From the NCBI GenBank assembly GCA_005882055.1, contig VBGQ01000095.1, forward strand, positions 1 through 41,815: a DNA stretch of 41,815 nt, read 5' to 3'. The first letter of the stretch is position 1. Each line of letters opens with the position of its first letter. The notes under the pieces are model-generated. The model ran no database searches. It was not told where the DNA came from and saw only the letters and a list, made by a program, of their open reading frames with translations. Below, piece after piece: positions 39,185 to 41,815 of the stretch. A program made the position numbers and the translations under genes. This DNA is from Chloroflexota bacterium (GTDB lineage Bacteria; Chloroflexota; Limnocylindria; QHBO01).

Positions 39185-41467
39185 GTGAGCAACCGCCGCT
39201 CGACCCGACGGCGCACCACTCGCCGGAGGCGGCAGACCAACAACTTCCGCATCAGCGGGCGGGTGGCGCGCGAGGCGCTGGCGCTGCTCCTGGTGCTGCT
39301 CGCCATCGTGAGCACCATCGCCCTGTTCGCGCCCACCGCGGGGGCCATCGTCAAGCCCTGGCATGACCTGCTCGCCTACCTCCTGGGGTGGGGGATCGCC
39401 TTCGCGCCTCCGCTGCTGGCCGGCTTCGCGCTGATGCTCTGGATGCGAACCATGCCGGCCGAGCGCTGGATGGCGGCCACCGGCGCCGCGCTGGTGGCGC
39501 TCGCCCTGCTTGGCGCGTTCCATCTCGCCGCAGGTGGTGGCATGGCGACGGTGCGGCGCCACGAGGGTGGGGGAGTGATCGGCTATGGGGTGAGCGCCGT
39601 GTTGGCCGGCGCCATCGGCGGGGCGGGCGCCTGGGTCGTTCTCTCGCTCCTGCTCGTGGTTGGGCTGCTGCTCTACTTCAACATGACGGTCGGCGACCTG
39701 GTCGCCGCCTATCTCCAGCAGCGAGACGATCGCGACGAGCGCGAGACGCGGGCGAGCGCGGAGGCGGCGCGGCGCGCACCGGTCGGTCCCGGCCGCCTCG
39801 AGACCAATCCGAGCTCGGACCTGGCCCATCCCGGCCTGCTGACGCGGATGCGCGAGGCCCTGGTCGGTGGGTCCGACGACGACGAGCCACCGGTCATCGT
39901 TCGCCGCCAGCGCGCCGAGCCGGGCGATGGCCGTCGCGCACCAGCGCAACCGATCGCCATGCCGGTCCCCGAGGCATCGATGGCTACCGCGGTGGCAACG
40001 CCGGAGCTGGCGATCGAGGGAGACGGCGAGGGGGAGGGGGAGGGAGCGCCCGATGCGTCCATCGGGGTGGTGCCCGTCGCCGAGGAGGTCAACGACGCGG
40101 CGCTGGAGCGCATCGTGCGCAGCTGGGAGCTCGGGATCAAGGTGGCACGCATCCAAGAGGGGCCGGTCGTCACCCAGTACGCCCTCGACGTCGAGCCGGG
40201 GATCAAGCTCTCACGCATCGAGGGCCTGGCCGACAACCTGGCGCTTGCCCTCTCCGCGCGCTCGATCCGCATCGAGGCGCCTATTCCGGGCGAGCCGTTC
40301 GTGGGCATCGAGATTCCCAACAGCGCCTTCGACCTGGTGACGCTCAAGGAAGTGCTTGCCTCACGGAACTTCGACGACCTCGGAGCCCAGTCGAAGCTGG
40401 CCTTCGCCCTGGGCCAGGACGTTGCCGGCCAGCCGTTCAGCGCCGACCTGTCCAGGATGCCGCACGTCCTGATCGCGGGGGCCACCGGGTCCGGCAAGAG
40501 CGTGTGCGTCAACGCAATCATCTGCTCGCTGCTGATGCGCGCCGATCCGACCGAGGTGAAGCTGCTGCTGATCGATCCAAAGCGGGTCGAGATGGCGCAG
40601 TACAAGGGGCTGCCGCACCTGCTCAGCGAGGTGATCGTCGATACCGACAAGGCTGTCAACGCGCTCAAGTGGACGGTTGGCGCGATGGAGAGCCGATACC
40701 ACGAGTTCGCGCAGCGCGGGGTCCGCAACATCGCCGGCTACAACGCCCAGCTGCGGGCGGGCGAACCGCGAATGCCGTACATCGTGGTGGTCATCGATGA
40801 GCTGGCCGACCTGATGATGGTCAGCGCCTACGAGGTCGAGGCGACCGTCACGCGCATCGCGCAGCTGGCACGCGCCACCGGGATTCACCTGGTGGTCGCG
40901 ACGCAGCGCCCATCGGTCCAGGTCATCACCGGCCTCATCAAGGCGAACATCCCCAGCCGGATCGCCTTCGCCATGACCTCAGGGATCGACTCGCGCACCA
41001 TCCTGGATACGACGGGCGCGGAGGATCTCCTGGGACGGGGCGACATGCTCTACCAGCCCATCGATGCGCCTCGAGCGGTGCGCCTGCAGGGCGTGCTCGT
41101 CACCGATGGGGAGATCGAAGGACTTGCGCGCCACTGGCGCGCACAGGGCGGGCCGCACTACCGTCCGGAGATCACCGCCGCGCGGCGCGACGGTCGGGGT
41201 GGGGGACAACCCGGCGAGGACGACGAAGAGGCCAGCGCCGATCCACTGCTCCGCCAGGCGATCGAGGTCGTGCGCCGCAACGACAAGGCCTCCGCGTCGC
41301 TGCTGCAGCGCCGGCTGCGGATCGGCTACGCCCGGGCGGCCCGCATGTTGGACCAGATGGAGGACCGCGGCATCGTTGGTCCAGCCGACGGGAGTCGCTT
41401 CCGCGAGGTGATGGTCACCAGCGACGGCTGGGGTGCTGAGATGGAGCCCGATGAGGAAGATCGGTGA
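39185..41467 (+). CDS. ftsK: DNA translocase FtsK/SpoIIIE
   Basis: N-terminal TM helices, an acidic GEGEGEG linker, a motor domain (GATGSGKSV, VVIDELADLMM, ATQRPS) and a gamma wHTH (LLQRRLRIGYARAARMLDQME). Confidence 0.93.
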   Translation: MSNRRSTRRRTTRRRRQTNNFRISGRVAREALALLLVLLAIVSTIALFAPTAGAIVKPWHDLLAYLLGWGIAFAPPLLAGFALMLWMRTMPAERWMAATGAALVALALLGAFHLAAGGGMATVRRHEGGGVIGYGVSAVLAGAIGGAGAWVVLSLLLVVGLLLYFNMTVGDLVAAYLQQRDDRDERETRASAEAARRAPVGPGRLETNPSSDLAHPGLLTRMREALVGGSDDDEPPVIVRRQRAEPGDGRRAPAQPIAMPVPEASMATAVATPELAIEGDGEGEGEGAPDASIGVVPVAEEVNDAALERIVRSWELGIKVARIQEGPVVTQYALDVEPGIKLSRIEGLADNLALALSARSIRIEAPIPGEPFVGIEIPNSAFDLVTLKEVLASRNFDDLGAQSKLAFALGQDVAGQPFSADLSRMPHVLIAGATGSGKSVCVNAIICSLLMRADPTEVKLLLIDPKRVEMAQYKGLPHLLSEVIVDTDKAVNALKWTVGAMESRYHEFAQRGVRNIAGYNAQLRAGEPRMPYIVVVIDELADLMMVSAYEVEATVTRIAQLARATGIHLVVATQRPSVQVITGLIKANIPSRIAFAMTSGIDSRTILDTTGAEDLLGRGDMLYQPIDAPRAVRLQGVLVTDGEIEGLARHWRAQGGPHYRPEITAARRDGRGGGQPGEDDEEASADPLLRQAIEVVRRNDKASASLLQRRLRIGYARAARMLDQMEDRGIVGPADGSRFREVMVTSDGWGAEMEPDEEDR

Positions 41468-41815
41468 CCGAGGAGCTCCACAAGCTCGGTGAGGTGCTGC
41501 GCGCTGCGCGCGAGTCGAAAGGGGTCGACCTGGCGCGGGTGGAGCGCGACACGAAGATCCGGACCCGCTACCTCTCCGCGCTGGAGCGAGGCGAGTACCG
41601 CGATCTGCCGGGGGCGGTCTACACCAAGGGGTTTCTGCGCAACTACGCCCACTACCTGGGTCTCGACCCCGAATACCTGACCGATCTCTATCGGCTGGAG
41701 ACCGATGGCACCGCCGCACCCGCGGTCGCTGCACCCCCGCATCCGATGCGCGCTCGGCGCGCACGTGCGCTGGTCGTGACTCCGGGAGCGATCGCGGCGG
41801 CGATCCTGACCCTGG
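41464..41815 (+). CDS. RodZ-like helix-turn-helix protein (3' end beyond window)
   Basis: GTGA overlap with the ftsK stop. The frame is open to the window end: LGEVLRAARESKGVDLARVERDTKIRTRYLSALERGEYRDLPGAVYTKGFLRNYAHYLGLDP, followed by the start of a TM segment. Not in the ORF track because it has no stop. Confidence 0.7.
   Translation, partial: MTEELHKLGEVLRAARESKGVDLARVERDTKIRTRYLSALERGEYRDLPGAVYTKGFLRNYAHYLGLDPEYLTDLYRLETDGTAAPAVAAPPHPMRARRARALVVTPGAIAAAILTL

Noticed and set aside
39990-40050. A possible tandem repeat in ftsK (GGCGAGGGGGAGGGGGAGGGAG, encoding GEGEGEG), together with similar Ala-runs in smc (about 9955-10000) and the S16 tail.
   Set aside because: These are short low-complexity coding linkers inside intact ORFs. 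They are not CRISPR or VNTR-like arrays, and there are no spacers or repeat periodicity beyond a few codons.

Overview
By eye this is a high-GC bacterial chromosome segment, packed almost entirely with core housekeeping genes. About 40 of 42 genes are on the + strand. Many are translationally coupled through ATGA, GTGA or TGATG start/stop overlaps.

Four conserved syntenic blocks are joined head to tail:
- (1) dtd, rpmB (-), recG-rsmD-coaD-(coiled-coil ORF)-yceD-rpmF-plsX-nusB-acpP-rnc-smc-ftsY-ffh-(DUF3352-like)-rpsP-khpA-rimM-trmD-rplS-rnhB-yraN
- (2) a lone minus-strand LysM/lytic-transglycosylase gene, then rpsB-tsf-pyrH-frr-uppS-cdsA-dxr-rseP
- (3) nusA-ylxR-infB-rbfA-nrnA-truB-ribF-rpsO-pnp
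- (4) udg-rnj-ftsK-(RodZ-like HTH, runs off the window)

I found no rRNA, tRNA, CRISPR array, transposase, integrase, phage or defence genes.

Observations worth a second look:
- **PNPase insertion.** The pnp ORF carries an in-frame insertion of about 160 aa. It has all DEDDh (DnaQ/RNase T-type) 3'-5' exonuclease motifs and sits inside the alpha-helical linker domain. I do not recognise this architecture as described.
- **Four similar gaps.** ftsY, rnhB, the LysM-SLT gene and infB each appear to lack about 28-32 conserved residues. Three of the four gaps also change reading frame. The similar size suggests a common cause, with an assembly artefact most likely.
- **nusA leader terminator.** A canonical intrinsic terminator lies 24 nt upstream of nusA, in a leader that lacks rimP.
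- **Non-canonical starts.** Two genes have ACG or CTG at the position a perfect GGAGG Shine-Dalgarno predicts for the start codon.
- **Promoter-like boxes.** A family of AT-rich extended -10-like boxes lies upstream of operon starts.

All calls come from reading the translations and sequence by eye. No alignments, HMM searches or folding calculations were run.
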